UHGV virus genome: UHGV-0187309
Reading direction: 5' to 3' (one strand)
Length of the DNA: 44,350 bases
Origin: a virus
A program made the position numbers and the translations under genes. The notes beneath the pieces are model-generated. The model was not told the origin of the DNA, did no database searches, and saw only the letters and a list, made by a program, of their open reading frames with translations. This document shows positions 8,665-17,648 of this stretch, piece by piece (the first letter of the stretch is position 1; the number at the start of each line of letters is the position of its first letter).

Positions 8665-9912
8665 ATGCCGGATGTTCATGCACTTCTGAGTGCATCCAGT
8701 TCCAAGCAATGGCTTCACTGTCCGCCGTCCGTCCGCCTGCAGGAGAACTTTCCGAACGAGAGCTCCGTGTATGCCGCCGAGGGAACATTCGCTCATGAGG
8801 TCTGCGAGTACAAGGTCCGCAAGTATCTGAAGGAGCGTGTGAAACGTCCGCAGTCCGAGGAATATGACACCGAGGAAATCGAGCAGATCACAGATGTGTA
8901 TGCGGAGTTCGTGATCTCCATCATTGAGCAGATGAAGGAGAACGGCTGTGAGTCGCTTGCTTTTGTTGAGGAGCGTGTGGACTACAGCCACATTGCCCCT
9001 TCCGGCTTTGGCACGGCAGATATGCTCATCATCGGTAAGGACGAGCAGGGACGCGGAATCCTTCATGTATGCGATTTCAAGACGGGTGCAGGCGTGTTTG
9101 TGGATGCAGACCACAACAGCCAGATGATGCTCTATGCGATCGGAGCTTTAGCCGCCTACGGCTTTTTGTATGATATTGAGATCGTGCGTATGAGCATCAT
9201 TCAGCCTCGTCTGGATAATATCAGCACATTCGAGTGCAGCAGAGCCGAGCTTGAGGAATGGGGCGAGAGCATCAAGCCCATTGCGAAACTTGCCTACGAG
9301 GGCAAGGGCGAACAAAGCCCCGGCGACTGGTGTCGGTTCTGCCGTGCAAAGCCTGTTTGCAAAGCGTGTGCCAATGAAGCACTGGCACTCTGCCGTGAGG
9401 ATTTCCTTGACCTCGATGCCGGAGCATTCGATGATACTGCGGAGGAAAGCGATATGACCGCACCCTACGAAGCGGATATACAGACTGCCGTATTCAAGCA
9501 GCCGGGACTGATTCCTATCAGCGAACTTGCGGAGATCCTGCCGACTCTGAACCGCATCAGCTCTTGGATCGAGGCGGTATTCGCATTCGTATCCTCCGAG
9601 GCGATCAATCACGGTGTACCGATTCCCGGCTATAAGGTGGTCGAAGGGCGCAGCAAGCGTGTATTCACAGATACAAAAGCTGTGGTCGATACCGCTGTTC
9701 AGAACGGGTACACCGACCTTTACAAGCAGACGCTCATCACGCTGACGGAATTTGAAAAGATGATGGGCAAGAAAAAGTTCAACGAGCTGCTCGGTGAGTA
9801 TGTCGCCAAGCCACCCGGAAAGCTGGCACTTGTGCCGGAGAGCGATCCGAGAGAACCCGTTGATCTCACAACACCCGGTCAGGAATTTGAAGTTCTCTCT
9901 GATGATGAGTGA
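8665..9912 (+). CDS. DUF2800-like PD-(D/E)xK nuclease (Cas4/RecB-like) with C-terminal Cys cluster
   Basis: 415 aa; CDFKTG nuclease-like core and CRFCRAKPVCKAC Cys cluster; sits in the phage replication arrangement DUF2800-DUF2815-PolA. Confidence 0.8.
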   Translation: MPDVHALLSASSSKQWLHCPPSVRLQENFPNESSVYAAEGTFAHEVCEYKVRKYLKERVKRPQSEEYDTEEIEQITDVYAEFVISIIEQMKENGCESLAFVEERVDYSHIAPSGFGTADMLIIGKDEQGRGILHVCDFKTGAGVFVDADHNSQMMLYAIGALAAYGFLYDIEIVRMSIIQPRLDNISTFECSRAELEEWGESIKPIAKLAYEGKGEQSPGDWCRFCRAKPVCKACANEALALCREDFLDLDAGAFDDTAEESDMTAPYEADIQTAVFKQPGLIPISELAEILPTLNRISSWIEAVFAFVSSEAINHGVPIPGYKVVEGRSKRVFTDTKAVVDTAVQNGYTDLYKQTLITLTEFEKMMGKKKFNELLGEYVAKPPGKLALVPESDPREPVDLTTPGQEFEVLSDDE

Positions 9913-9985
9913 GGATCATACAATAATGCCGCAATTATTCTGTTTGGTGAATACGCAAAATTGAATGAAATATAGGAGGTATACT

Positions 9986-10561
9986 ATGGCAAACACAACA
10001 CCCGCGACTAAAGTGGTTATTCCCTGTCGCATTTCTTTTGCGAACATCTGGGAGCCAAAATCAATTAATGGCAGCGAAGAGAAGTATTCCGTTTCCCTAC
10101 TGATCCCGAAGGATGACAAGGCAACGCTCGCCAAGATCAAGAAGGCAATTGAGGCGGCAAAGGAAGCGGCGAAGGAGAAGAAGTGGGGCGGCAAGATCCC
10201 GCCGAACCTCAAGCTGCCGATGCATGACGGCGACATCGACCGTCCTGATGACGAGAACTATGCCGGTCACTTCTTCTTCAATGCCACGAGCAAGGATGCA
10301 CCGCAGATCGTTGACCGCCATGTGCAGCCGATTCTCGATCCGATGGAGTGCGGCAGCGGTGACTATTGCAATGTCAGCGTGAACTTCTACGGTTTTGCAG
10401 CATCCGGCAACAAGGGCATCGCAGCAGGACTCCAGAACATCCAGCTTGTCCGCCACGGTGAGCGTCTTGCGGGCAGACCGACCGCAGCATCCGACTTCGT
10501 TGAGGTCGAGGGCGATGACACGGATGATCTCGCAGACGATGATCTGGATTTCCTGAACTGA
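9986..10561 (+). CDS. DUF2815-like phage protein (putative ssDNA-binding)
   Basis: About 191 aa from ATG 9986 (AGGAGGT RBS); acidic DDLDFLN tail typical of SSB-like proteins; conserved position between nuclease and polymerase. Confidence 0.75.
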   Translation: MANTTPATKVVIPCRISFANIWEPKSINGSEEKYSVSLLIPKDDKATLAKIKKAIEAAKEAAKEKKWGGKIPPNLKLPMHDGDIDRPDDENYAGHFFFNATSKDAPQIVDRHVQPILDPMECGSGDYCNVSVNFYGFAASGNKGIAAGLQNIQLVRHGERLAGRPTAASDFVEVEGDDTDDLADDDLDFLN

Positions 10562-10601
10562 CGCATAAGGGAGGCTTGCCTCCCTGTACATACACAAACA
10601 G

Positions 10602-13487
10602 GTGGTGATTTTATTGAGCAGACGTGTACTTTCCATCGACTTAGAGACCTATTCGGATGTAGACCTCCCGAACTGCGGTGTGTACCGCTATGTTGAGGGA
10701 GATTTCCATATCCTGCTGTTCGCATATGCATTTGACGATGAGGAGACAAAATGCGTGGATATGGCCTGCGGGGAGCAGCTCCCGGCAGAGGTCGTGGATG
10801 CGCTGCAGGATGACAGTATTATCAAATCGGCATGGAACGCACAGTTTGAGCGTACCTGCCTTTCAAAATATCTCGGTACGCAGATTTCTCCGGACTCGTG
10901 GCAATGCACGATGGTATGGGCGGCATCGCTTTCACTTCCGCTGAAGCTGGCAACGGCTGCACAGGCACTGAAAACTGCACAGCAGAAGGACGCTGTCGGT
11001 GAGCGTCTTATCCGTTATTTCTCTCTGCCCTGTAAGCCCACCAAAGCAAACGGCGGCAGAACAAGAAATCTGCCGGAACACGCCCCCGAAGACTGGAAGC
11101 TGTTCAAAAGCTACTGCATACAGGACGTGGAAACCGAGCGGGATATCCGCCGCAGGCTTGAAAAGTTCCCCCTGCTCCCGCAGGAATGGGACTACTACCA
11201 CATGGATCAGCGGATCAATGATCGCGGTATCCTGATCGACAAAGAGCTTGTGCAGCAGGCTATTATCTGCAATATGGCAATGTCCGAAGAAATGACAAAA
11301 CGTGCATACGCTCTGACAGGACTTGAAAATCCGAATTCCGTATCACAGCTCAAGGGATGGCTTGAGGAGCGTGGCATTGAGGTGGATTCCCTCGGCAAAA
11401 AGAATGTCGCTTCTCTTATCACAGACCTCGACAGGCACAGCGCAGACGGTGAGGCTCTGGATATGATGAAGCTGCGGTTGCAGATGGCAAAGTCCTCTGT
11501 GAAAAAGTATCAGGCGGCAGAGAGATACATCTGTCAGGACGGCAGGGCGCACGGACTGTTTCAGTTTTCCGGAGCTCAGCGAACACAGCGCTGGTGTCTT
11601 ACCGGCGATCATGAAATACTGACAGATAAAGGCTGGCTCAGGCTTGATAATTGGCAGGGCGGTAAGATTGCTTGTTGGAATCCTAATCAGGAAATGGTCT
11701 CGTTCCAGAAAGCGAACGTATTGTGCTTTGAATATGACGGTCCTATCTACCGCTATGAGGACAAACGGATCGATCAGATCAGCACGCCGGATCACAAAAT
11801 GCGTGTAAAGAAACGGTATAACGGCGAGTGGACGGATGACACTGTTGGCAATATGGAAAAGTATCGTCCTTCTATTCCGTTTACCGGACGCAGACAAACG
11901 ATGCCCGGCTTGGAGCACGCAGAACTGAGGGTACTGGTGATGACGCAGGCTGACGGCAGCTATAAAGAAGATGGAATGCTCTGCTTCCATTTCAAGAAGA
12001 AAAGGAAAATAGAACGGTGCAAACATCTGCTCAGACAGGCGGGCATTTATTTCACAGTGAATGAATGCAGGACAGATGGAACAACGCAGATCAAGATTCC
12101 TTCCCGTGAGCAGCCGATGTATCTAAGAATGTTTCATAACAAGACATTTGGAATGTGGCTTCTCGATGAAAGCCCGGATGTTTTCTTTGATGAGCTTCGG
12201 TATTGGGACGGATCGCAAAGCGCCAAAAACAGTATCCAATATACCACAACGAACAAAGTGAATGCCGATATTGTTCAGGCTTTTGCTCATACAAGTGGTC
12301 GCTGTGCAAAAATGAAAACGGTCATCCGGGATAAAGAACACCCGAATTGGAGCGATGCATACTATCTCGATATATGGCTCACTCCGAAAAACTGTCATGA
12401 AATCAGAGTGAAGCCGACTATCTCGCAATTCAGCGGCAAAATATACTGTGCTGAAACCCCAACCGGATACTTCCTTGTAAGACGTAATGGTAAAGTGTGG
12501 GTAACAGGAAACAGCGGGCGCGGCATTCAATTACAGAACCTGCCGCAGAACCACATCTCTACCCTCGATGAAGCAAGAGAACTTGTCAAAATGGGCTGCT
12601 TTGACATGATCGAAGCACTGTACGGCAATACGCCGGATATCCTGTCACAGCTTATCCGCACGATGCTCATTCCGAAGGACGGCTGTGAATTTATCGTGGC
12701 AGACTTCTCCGCCATTGAAGCGAGAGTACTTGCGTGGCTTGCCGGAGAACAGTGGCGGCTCGATGCCTTCAAGCGTGGCGAGGATATTTACTGTGCATCC
12801 GCATCGCAAATGTTCGGTGTTCCGGTCGTGAAGCACGGCATCAATGGAGAACTGCGGCAGAAAGGCAAGGTCGCTGAGCTTGCCTGTGGTTACGGAGGTG
12901 GCAGCGGTGCGCTGATCTCTATGGGTGCGCTGGATATGGGACTGAAAGAGGATGAACTTCCCGACATCATTTCAAGCTGGCGCGATGCAAACCCGGAGAT
13001 CGTGAAATTCTGGTATGCCGTGGAGAAAGCGGCGATCGAAACAGTCAAGGACCACGCGGAAAGAACGGTCGGCAGGATCGGTTTTCAGTTCTCTGCAAAT
13101 ACACTGTGGATCGTGCTGCCGTCCGGGCGCAGACTTGCCTACATCAAGCCGAGGTTACAGCCGAACCGTTTCGGGCGTATGGCGCTGACCTTTGAAGGAC
13201 TCGGTGCAAACAACAAATGGACGCGCGGTGAGACATACAGCGGCAAGCTGACGGAGAACATCACACAGGCGACCGCCCGTGACCTGCTTGCAGAGGCAAT
13301 GCACCGAATGGAGCTTGCGGGACTTGACATAGTCGGTCATGTGCATGATGAGGTCATTTTGGAAGTGCCGAAAAGACAATATACGGTCGATGATGTGTGC
13401 AATATCATGAATCAAAATCCGAGATGGGCAGACGGTCTGCCCTTATCATCTGCCGGATATACCGGCAATTACTACTTCAAAGACTGA
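10602..13487 (+). CDS. Family A DNA polymerase (3'-5' exonuclease plus polymerase domains) interrupted by an intein
   Basis: N-terminal LSIDLETYS exonuclease motif; after conceptual intein removal RTQRW|SGRGIQLQNLPQN resembles the PolA TGRLSSxxPNLQNIP motif; downstream HVHDEV motif C. Confidence 0.85.
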   Translation: MVILLSRRVLSIDLETYSDVDLPNCGVYRYVEGDFHILLFAYAFDDEETKCVDMACGEQLPAEVVDALQDDSIIKSAWNAQFERTCLSKYLGTQISPDSWQCTMVWAASLSLPLKLATAAQALKTAQQKDAVGERLIRYFSLPCKPTKANGGRTRNLPEHAPEDWKLFKSYCIQDVETERDIRRRLEKFPLLPQEWDYYHMDQRINDRGILIDKELVQQAIICNMAMSEEMTKRAYALTGLENPNSVSQLKGWLEERGIEVDSLGKKNVASLITDLDRHSADGEALDMMKLRLQMAKSSVKKYQAAERYICQDGRAHGLFQFSGAQRTQRWCLTGDHEILTDKGWLRLDNWQGGKIACWNPNQEMVSFQKANVLCFEYDGPIYRYEDKRIDQISTPDHKMRVKKRYNGEWTDDTVGNMEKYRPSIPFTGRRQTMPGLEHAELRVLVMTQADGSYKEDGMLCFHFKKKRKIERCKHLLRQAGIYFTVNECRTDGTTQIKIPSREQPMYLRMFHNKTFGMWLLDESPDVFFDELRYWDGSQSAKNSIQYTTTNKVNADIVQAFAHTSGRCAKMKTVIRDKEHPNWSDAYYLDIWLTPKNCHEIRVKPTISQFSGKIYCAETPTGYFLVRRNGKVWVTGNSGRGIQLQNLPQNHISTLDEARELVKMGCFDMIEALYGNTPDILSQLIRTMLIPKDGCEFIVADFSAIEARVLAWLAGEQWRLDAFKRGEDIYCASASQMFGVPVVKHGINGELRQKGKVAELACGYGGGSGALISMGALDMGLKEDELPDIISSWRDANPEIVKFWYAVEKAAIETVKDHAERTVGRIGFQFSANTLWIVLPSGRRLAYIKPRLQPNRFGRMALTFEGLGANNKWTRGETYSGKLTENITQATARDLLAEAMHRMELAGLDIVGHVHDEVILEVPKRQYTVDDVCNIMNQNPRWADGLPLSSAGYTGNYYFKD
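11595..12512 (+). mobile_element. Intein (about 306 aa) within the DNA polymerase
   Basis: Begins CLTGDHEILT (block A-like), ends YFLVRRNGKVWVTGN followed by Ser as +1 residue (block F/G-like); flanking exteins rejoin into a conserved polymerase motif. Confidence 0.65.
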
Positions 13488-13500
13488 GGAGGATATTCTT

Positions 13501-14550
13501 ATGAAACAGGGACGAGCATTACCGGAAGTGCTGACAGAGCTTCAGAGACAGAATGCAGCAAAGCAGGATTATATTGGCACGGCAGAGGCGTTCCGTCTGG
13601 ACGAGGACGGCAGCACCTTCCGGATCGGTGACGATCACAGCTTTGGTACCACACAGCTTTTCCATCGTCAGGTGGCATCGGCACTCGGCATTCCGGCGAA
13701 GTATTACGACATGATGCAGAAACAGAAGCCTGACCTTCTGGCAGACAATGTGAATGCATGGTTCAGTGACAAGGGCAGCAGCTACATGGTGCGTACCCTT
13801 GATTACGGCAGCGGACAGGTTGCGAGAGCCTTTCTGTCTGACCGTTACCGCCGTATCGATAACCTTGAAATTGCCTCGGCTGTTCTCCCGATTTTCGCCG
13901 GACAGGAAGGCATGGAGGTCATGAGCTGCGAGGTCACAGAGAATAAGCTGTATCTGAAGATCGTCAATCACCGTCTGGAAATGGCGTGTGTCGGTGACCG
14001 TGTGCAGGCAGGTGTCATCATCTCCAATTCGGAGGTTGGACTCGGTGCTGTGTCTGTTCAGCCGCTTGTCTATACACTTGCCTGCACCAACGGCATGGTG
14101 GTCAACAGTATGGGCGAACGCCGTACCCATGTCGGCAGGGCGGCGAAAGCACTGGAAGACAGCTTCAATATCTACACAAATGAAACCCTCGAAGCCGAAG
14201 ATAAGGCATTCATGCTGAAGCTCCGTGATACCACAATGGCAGCAATTGAAGAGGCTCGTTTCGCACAGATCATCGGTGTGTTGGAGCAGAGCCACGGCGC
14301 AAAGATCACAGGACGTGTGCAGGATGTCATCGAACTGACCGGCAAGGCGTATGACCTGAATCAGTCGGAACAGGACAGCATTCTGAACTATCTCATCAAG
14401 GGCGGCGATCTTTCCCTCTATGGTCTGAGCAATGCCATCACACGCGCTTCGCAGGATGTAGATTCCTACGACAGAGCCACTGCGTTAGAGGGCATCGGCT
14501 GGCAGGTGGCGACCATGCCTGCAAATCAGTGGAAGGAGATCAACGCATGA
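13501..14550 (+). CDS. Hypothetical phage protein (possibly DUF932-like)
   Basis: 349 aa, GAGGAGGA RBS; family assignment is from memory only. Confidence 0.75.
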   Translation: MKQGRALPEVLTELQRQNAAKQDYIGTAEAFRLDEDGSTFRIGDDHSFGTTQLFHRQVASALGIPAKYYDMMQKQKPDLLADNVNAWFSDKGSSYMVRTLDYGSGQVARAFLSDRYRRIDNLEIASAVLPIFAGQEGMEVMSCEVTENKLYLKIVNHRLEMACVGDRVQAGVIISNSEVGLGAVSVQPLVYTLACTNGMVVNSMGERRTHVGRAAKALEDSFNIYTNETLEAEDKAFMLKLRDTTMAAIEEARFAQIIGVLEQSHGAKITGRVQDVIELTGKAYDLNQSEQDSILNYLIKGGDLSLYGLSNAITRASQDVDSYDRATALEGIGWQVATMPANQWKEINA

Positions 14551-14780
14551 GCAGAACCTGGAAAGACAGAAAAGGATATAAAACACGCAGAAAACGACAC
14601 GGATATCCTGTGCCGGAGATCTGCAATTACACACGCGGCAGCTATGAAGATTATGACCACAGCGATGAGGAACTGTATGTCGATGACCAGTGCTGCGAGA
14701 ACTGCCGCTTTTGCGGATGTTGCCGTCATACACCGTTCCCGTCGGGCTGGTGCGAATACTGGAAGGACGGCACACATTGA
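14547..14780 (+). CDS. Small Cys-rich protein (putative zinc-binding)
   Basis: 77 aa from ATG 14547 overlapping previous stop; CCENCRFCGCCRH...WCEYW Cys cluster; GGAAGGAG RBS. Confidence 0.5.
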   Translation: MSRTWKDRKGYKTRRKRHGYPVPEICNYTRGSYEDYDHSDEELYVDDQCCENCRFCGCCRHTPFPSGWCEYWKDGTH

Positions 14781-15217
14781 GAGAATATGTTGTCGAAAAC
14801 GAGTTTGTCAAGGCGGTAAAAGCGGCAGGCGGTGTGGCATACAAGCTGACATCGCAGACCGCAAACGGACTGCCGGACAGACTCGTTCTGTTCCCGGCGG
14901 CAAAGACGATTTTCGTGGAGCTGAAAGCACCGGGGAAAATGATGCGACCGTTGCAGCGTAAAAGACGGTATCAGCTTATGAAACTCGGCTTTCCGGTGCT
15001 GTGCATTGACAGGATGCCGCAGATCAAGCCGTTCATATCAGCAGCATTGTCATGGACACCCGGTGAGCCGTTCCCGGAAGGCATCGGTGCGAAGATACCC
15101 GATCTGGAAAGGGCAACGCTGCCGACGGATATGGATAACTTCGGGGAAACGCTTGAACCCATCGATCCAGACAATCTGATAGAGTTTTATGAAATAGAGG
15201 ACGGTGATGATGCATGA
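14777..15217 (+). CDS. VRR-NUC domain nuclease
   Basis: ENEFVKAVKAAGGVAYKL...GLPDRLVLFP...FVELKAPGK pattern typical of VRR-NUC; likely TTG start at 14777 after GGAAGGACGG. Confidence 0.7.
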   Translation: MREYVVENEFVKAVKAAGGVAYKLTSQTANGLPDRLVLFPAAKTIFVELKAPGKMMRPLQRKRRYQLMKLGFPVLCIDRMPQIKPFISAALSWTPGEPFPEGIGAKIPDLERATLPTDMDNFGETLEPIDPDNLIEFYEIEDGDDA

Positions 15218-15711
15218 TTAACCCTAAACGCAGAGCTGTGAGAAAAAGCTGCTCATACTGCGGAACTGTCTTTACCTATGTCGGAAGTCATGGTACAAGA
15301 AATAAGCATTTTTTCTGTTCTCATGAATGCTATATTGCCTTTAAGACAAAGAAAGCAGAAGTGAAATGCGATTGGTGCGGCAAATCAATGCTGAAAAAAC
15401 GCTCTGATATATGGAGAACGGATCACAATTTCTGCTGCCCCGAATGCTGTTTACTGTATAGGCAAAAGCAAGGCGAAACTTCATGGAATCATCGTGTGAA
15501 TGGAATAACCGTACACAGGGGCATTTTGGAGAAGAAGCTCGGACGAGAACTGCGTGCGGATGAAGAAGTACACCTTATCGATGGTAACCATTTCAATAAT
15601 GATCCGGACAATCTCATCGCCCTTTCCAAATCGGAACACGCCAAAATTCATTCTTCTTGGAAAGCGAGGGACGAGTATGGAAAATACGTTAAAACGCAGT
15701 CAGATTCATGA
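15214..15711 (+). CDS. HNH homing-type endonuclease
   Basis: 165 aa; multiple CxxC pairs plus HLIDGNHFNNDPDNLIALSKSEHAKIH HNH motif. Confidence 0.85.
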   Translation: MINPKRRAVRKSCSYCGTVFTYVGSHGTRNKHFFCSHECYIAFKTKKAEVKCDWCGKSMLKKRSDIWRTDHNFCCPECCLLYRQKQGETSWNHRVNGITVHRGILEKKLGRELRADEEVHLIDGNHFNNDPDNLIALSKSEHAKIHSSWKARDEYGKYVKTQSDS

Positions 15712-17059
15712 ATACCAAAAATACTGTGTTGACTTTATTAAGTCTCATCCCGTATCAGCACTCTTTTTGGATTGCGGACTTGGAAAGACGATCATTTCAT
15801 TGACTGCAATATATGATCTAATGTTTGATGAGCTGAAGGTATCTAAAGTTCTTGTAATTGCCCCTCTAAGAGTGACAAATGTCTGGAAAGCGGAGGTTCA
15901 GAAATGGAGTCATCTGCAAGATGTTGATGTTGCGATAGTAGTCGGAACTGTAAAACAGCGGATTGCTGCGATTAACAGTAACGCTCTTGTTTACGCTGTC
16001 AACCGTGAAAATGTGAAGTGGCTCGTAGAGTATTACGAGAAGAACGGTCTTCGCTGGGATTACGATATGATCGTCATTGACGAGCTGAGTTCCTTCAAAA
16101 ACTACCAGTCACAGCGGTTCAAATGGTTGCGTAAGGTTCGGCCTTTCGTGAAGCGCTGGGTAGGATTGACAGGAACGCCGACTTCCAACGGTCTCATGGA
16201 CCTGTGGGCAGAGATCGGTATCCTTGACGGCGGTGAGCGGCTCGGACGGTTTATAGGCAGATTTCGTGAAAGCTATTTCAAGCCTGCGTCCATGAATCCG
16301 TCAACCGGTGTTGTTTTCAGCTACACCCCACGTCCCGTCGCAGAGGAGCAGATCTATAACAAAATCTCCGACATTACGATTTCCATGAAGGCACTGGATT
16401 ATCTGGATATGCCGGAATGTATCTTCGTCAATCATGAGGTCGAGATGAATGCAGCAGAGCGAAAACTATACGATCAGCTGAAACAGGATCTTATCATTCC
16501 GCTTGAGGACGGAGATATCGATGCTGCCAACGCTGCCTCTCTCTCCAACAAGCTGCTCCAGATGGCTAACGGCGCGGTCTATGACGAAAACAAGGAAGCC
16601 CGAATCATTCACAGCCGGAAACTGGAAATGCTGGAAGACCTGATCGAAGCCGCAAACGGACAGCCTGTTCTGGTCGGCTACTGGTTCAAGCATGACCGCA
16701 CTCGCATCATGGAGCATCTAACCGCCTGCGGTTACAGCCCTCGTGATATAAAGGATTCCGCCGACATCACAGACTGGAACGCCGGAAACATCCCGGTCGC
16801 TCTTATACACCCCGCTTCGGCAGGACACGGTCTGAACATTCAGTCCGGTGGCCATATCATGATCTGGTTCGGTCTGACATGGAGCTTAGAGCTTTATCAG
16901 CAGACAAATGCGCGTTTGTGGAGGCAGGGACAGAAGCACACTGTCACGATCCACCACATCGTAACAAAAGACAGTGTCGATGAGGATGTGCTTGCTGCTT
17001 TGGCCAATAAGGATGTAACACAGGAGAAATTGATCGCCGCTGTCAAGGCGAGATTATAG
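15677..17059 (+). CDS. SNF2-family (DEAD/DEAH-box type) helicase
   Basis: LDCGLGKT Walker A, VIDELSSFKN DExx box, C-terminal helicase motifs; commonly paired with VRR-NUC in phages. Confidence 0.85.
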   Translation: MENTLKRSQIHEYQKYCVDFIKSHPVSALFLDCGLGKTIISLTAIYDLMFDELKVSKVLVIAPLRVTNVWKAEVQKWSHLQDVDVAIVVGTVKQRIAAINSNALVYAVNRENVKWLVEYYEKNGLRWDYDMIVIDELSSFKNYQSQRFKWLRKVRPFVKRWVGLTGTPTSNGLMDLWAEIGILDGGERLGRFIGRFRESYFKPASMNPSTGVVFSYTPRPVAEEQIYNKISDITISMKALDYLDMPECIFVNHEVEMNAAERKLYDQLKQDLIIPLEDGDIDAANAASLSNKLLQMANGAVYDENKEARIIHSRKLEMLEDLIEAANGQPVLVGYWFKHDRTRIMEHLTACGYSPRDIKDSADITDWNAGNIPVALIHPASAGHGLNIQSGGHIMIWFGLTWSLELYQQTNARLWRQGQKHTVTIHHIVTKDSVDEDVLAALANKDVTQEKLIAAVKARL

Positions 17060-17144
17060 GATCATACTCTCCGTATGATCCGCACTGAAAAGACGACAAA
17101 GCGGCGACAAAACGGTTACACCGCACTCTATGGAGGTGAAAACT

Positions 17145-17648
17145 ATGGCGCGTAAGAACAAACGCCTGAAAACAGAATACCACAGAGGTCTCGGTTTTGA
17201 TCCGCGAAAGTATATGACTTCCTACTCCCACCAAACTCGCTGTGAATCAATTCCGACTCCCGACCGTGCTCCAAAGCGCGGCGATATCTGGTTTGCGCGG
17301 CTCGGCACACATCCGAATTCCAGTGTGCAGGGCGGCACCCGTCCCGTTATCATCATTTCTAACGACCTCGGCAACGAACACGCTGACACCGTCAATGTTG
17401 TGCCGATGACCAGACACCTGAAAAAGCCGGAGCTGCCTTGTCACACTCCGCTTTCTCCCGGCAGCATTACCGATAGCAGACAGCCGCTTGAACTGTCAAT
17501 GGTGCTGGCGGAGCAGCTCACAACTGTCAGCAAGAACGCACTTCGCTATTATGCAGGTCATATTTCCGATGACGAAGCTATGAACCGCATCGAAACCGCT
17601 GTTATTGCGCAGCTCAGTCTTGAAAGGAGATATTCCAAATGCCTGTGA
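17145..17648 (+). CDS. MazF/PemK-like endoribonuclease-fold protein with ~45 aa N-terminal extension
   Basis: KRGDIWFARLGTHPNSSVQGGTRPVIIISNDLGNEHADTVNVVPMT matches the PemK/MazF core pattern (GDIW...G.EQ.G.RPV.V.S...N....V.V.P.T); GGAGGTGA RBS. Confidence 0.65.
   Translation: MARKNKRLKTEYHRGLGFDPRKYMTSYSHQTRCESIPTPDRAPKRGDIWFARLGTHPNSSVQGGTRPVIIISNDLGNEHADTVNVVPMTRHLKKPELPCHTPLSPGSITDSRQPLELSMVLAEQLTTVSKNALRYYAGHISDDEAMNRIETAVIAQLSLERRYSKCL

Noticed and set aside
7768-8788. Long minus-strand ORFs (261 aa and 243 aa) opposite the 7807-8650 plus-strand genes
   Set aside because: Low-complexity Ser/Arg-rich translations, no RBS, and they run against the uniform plus-strand transcription of this block.
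11343-12026. 227-aa minus-strand ORF inside the polymerase intein
   Set aside because: Antisense to the intein-coding frame, which has recognisable block motifs; no RBS.
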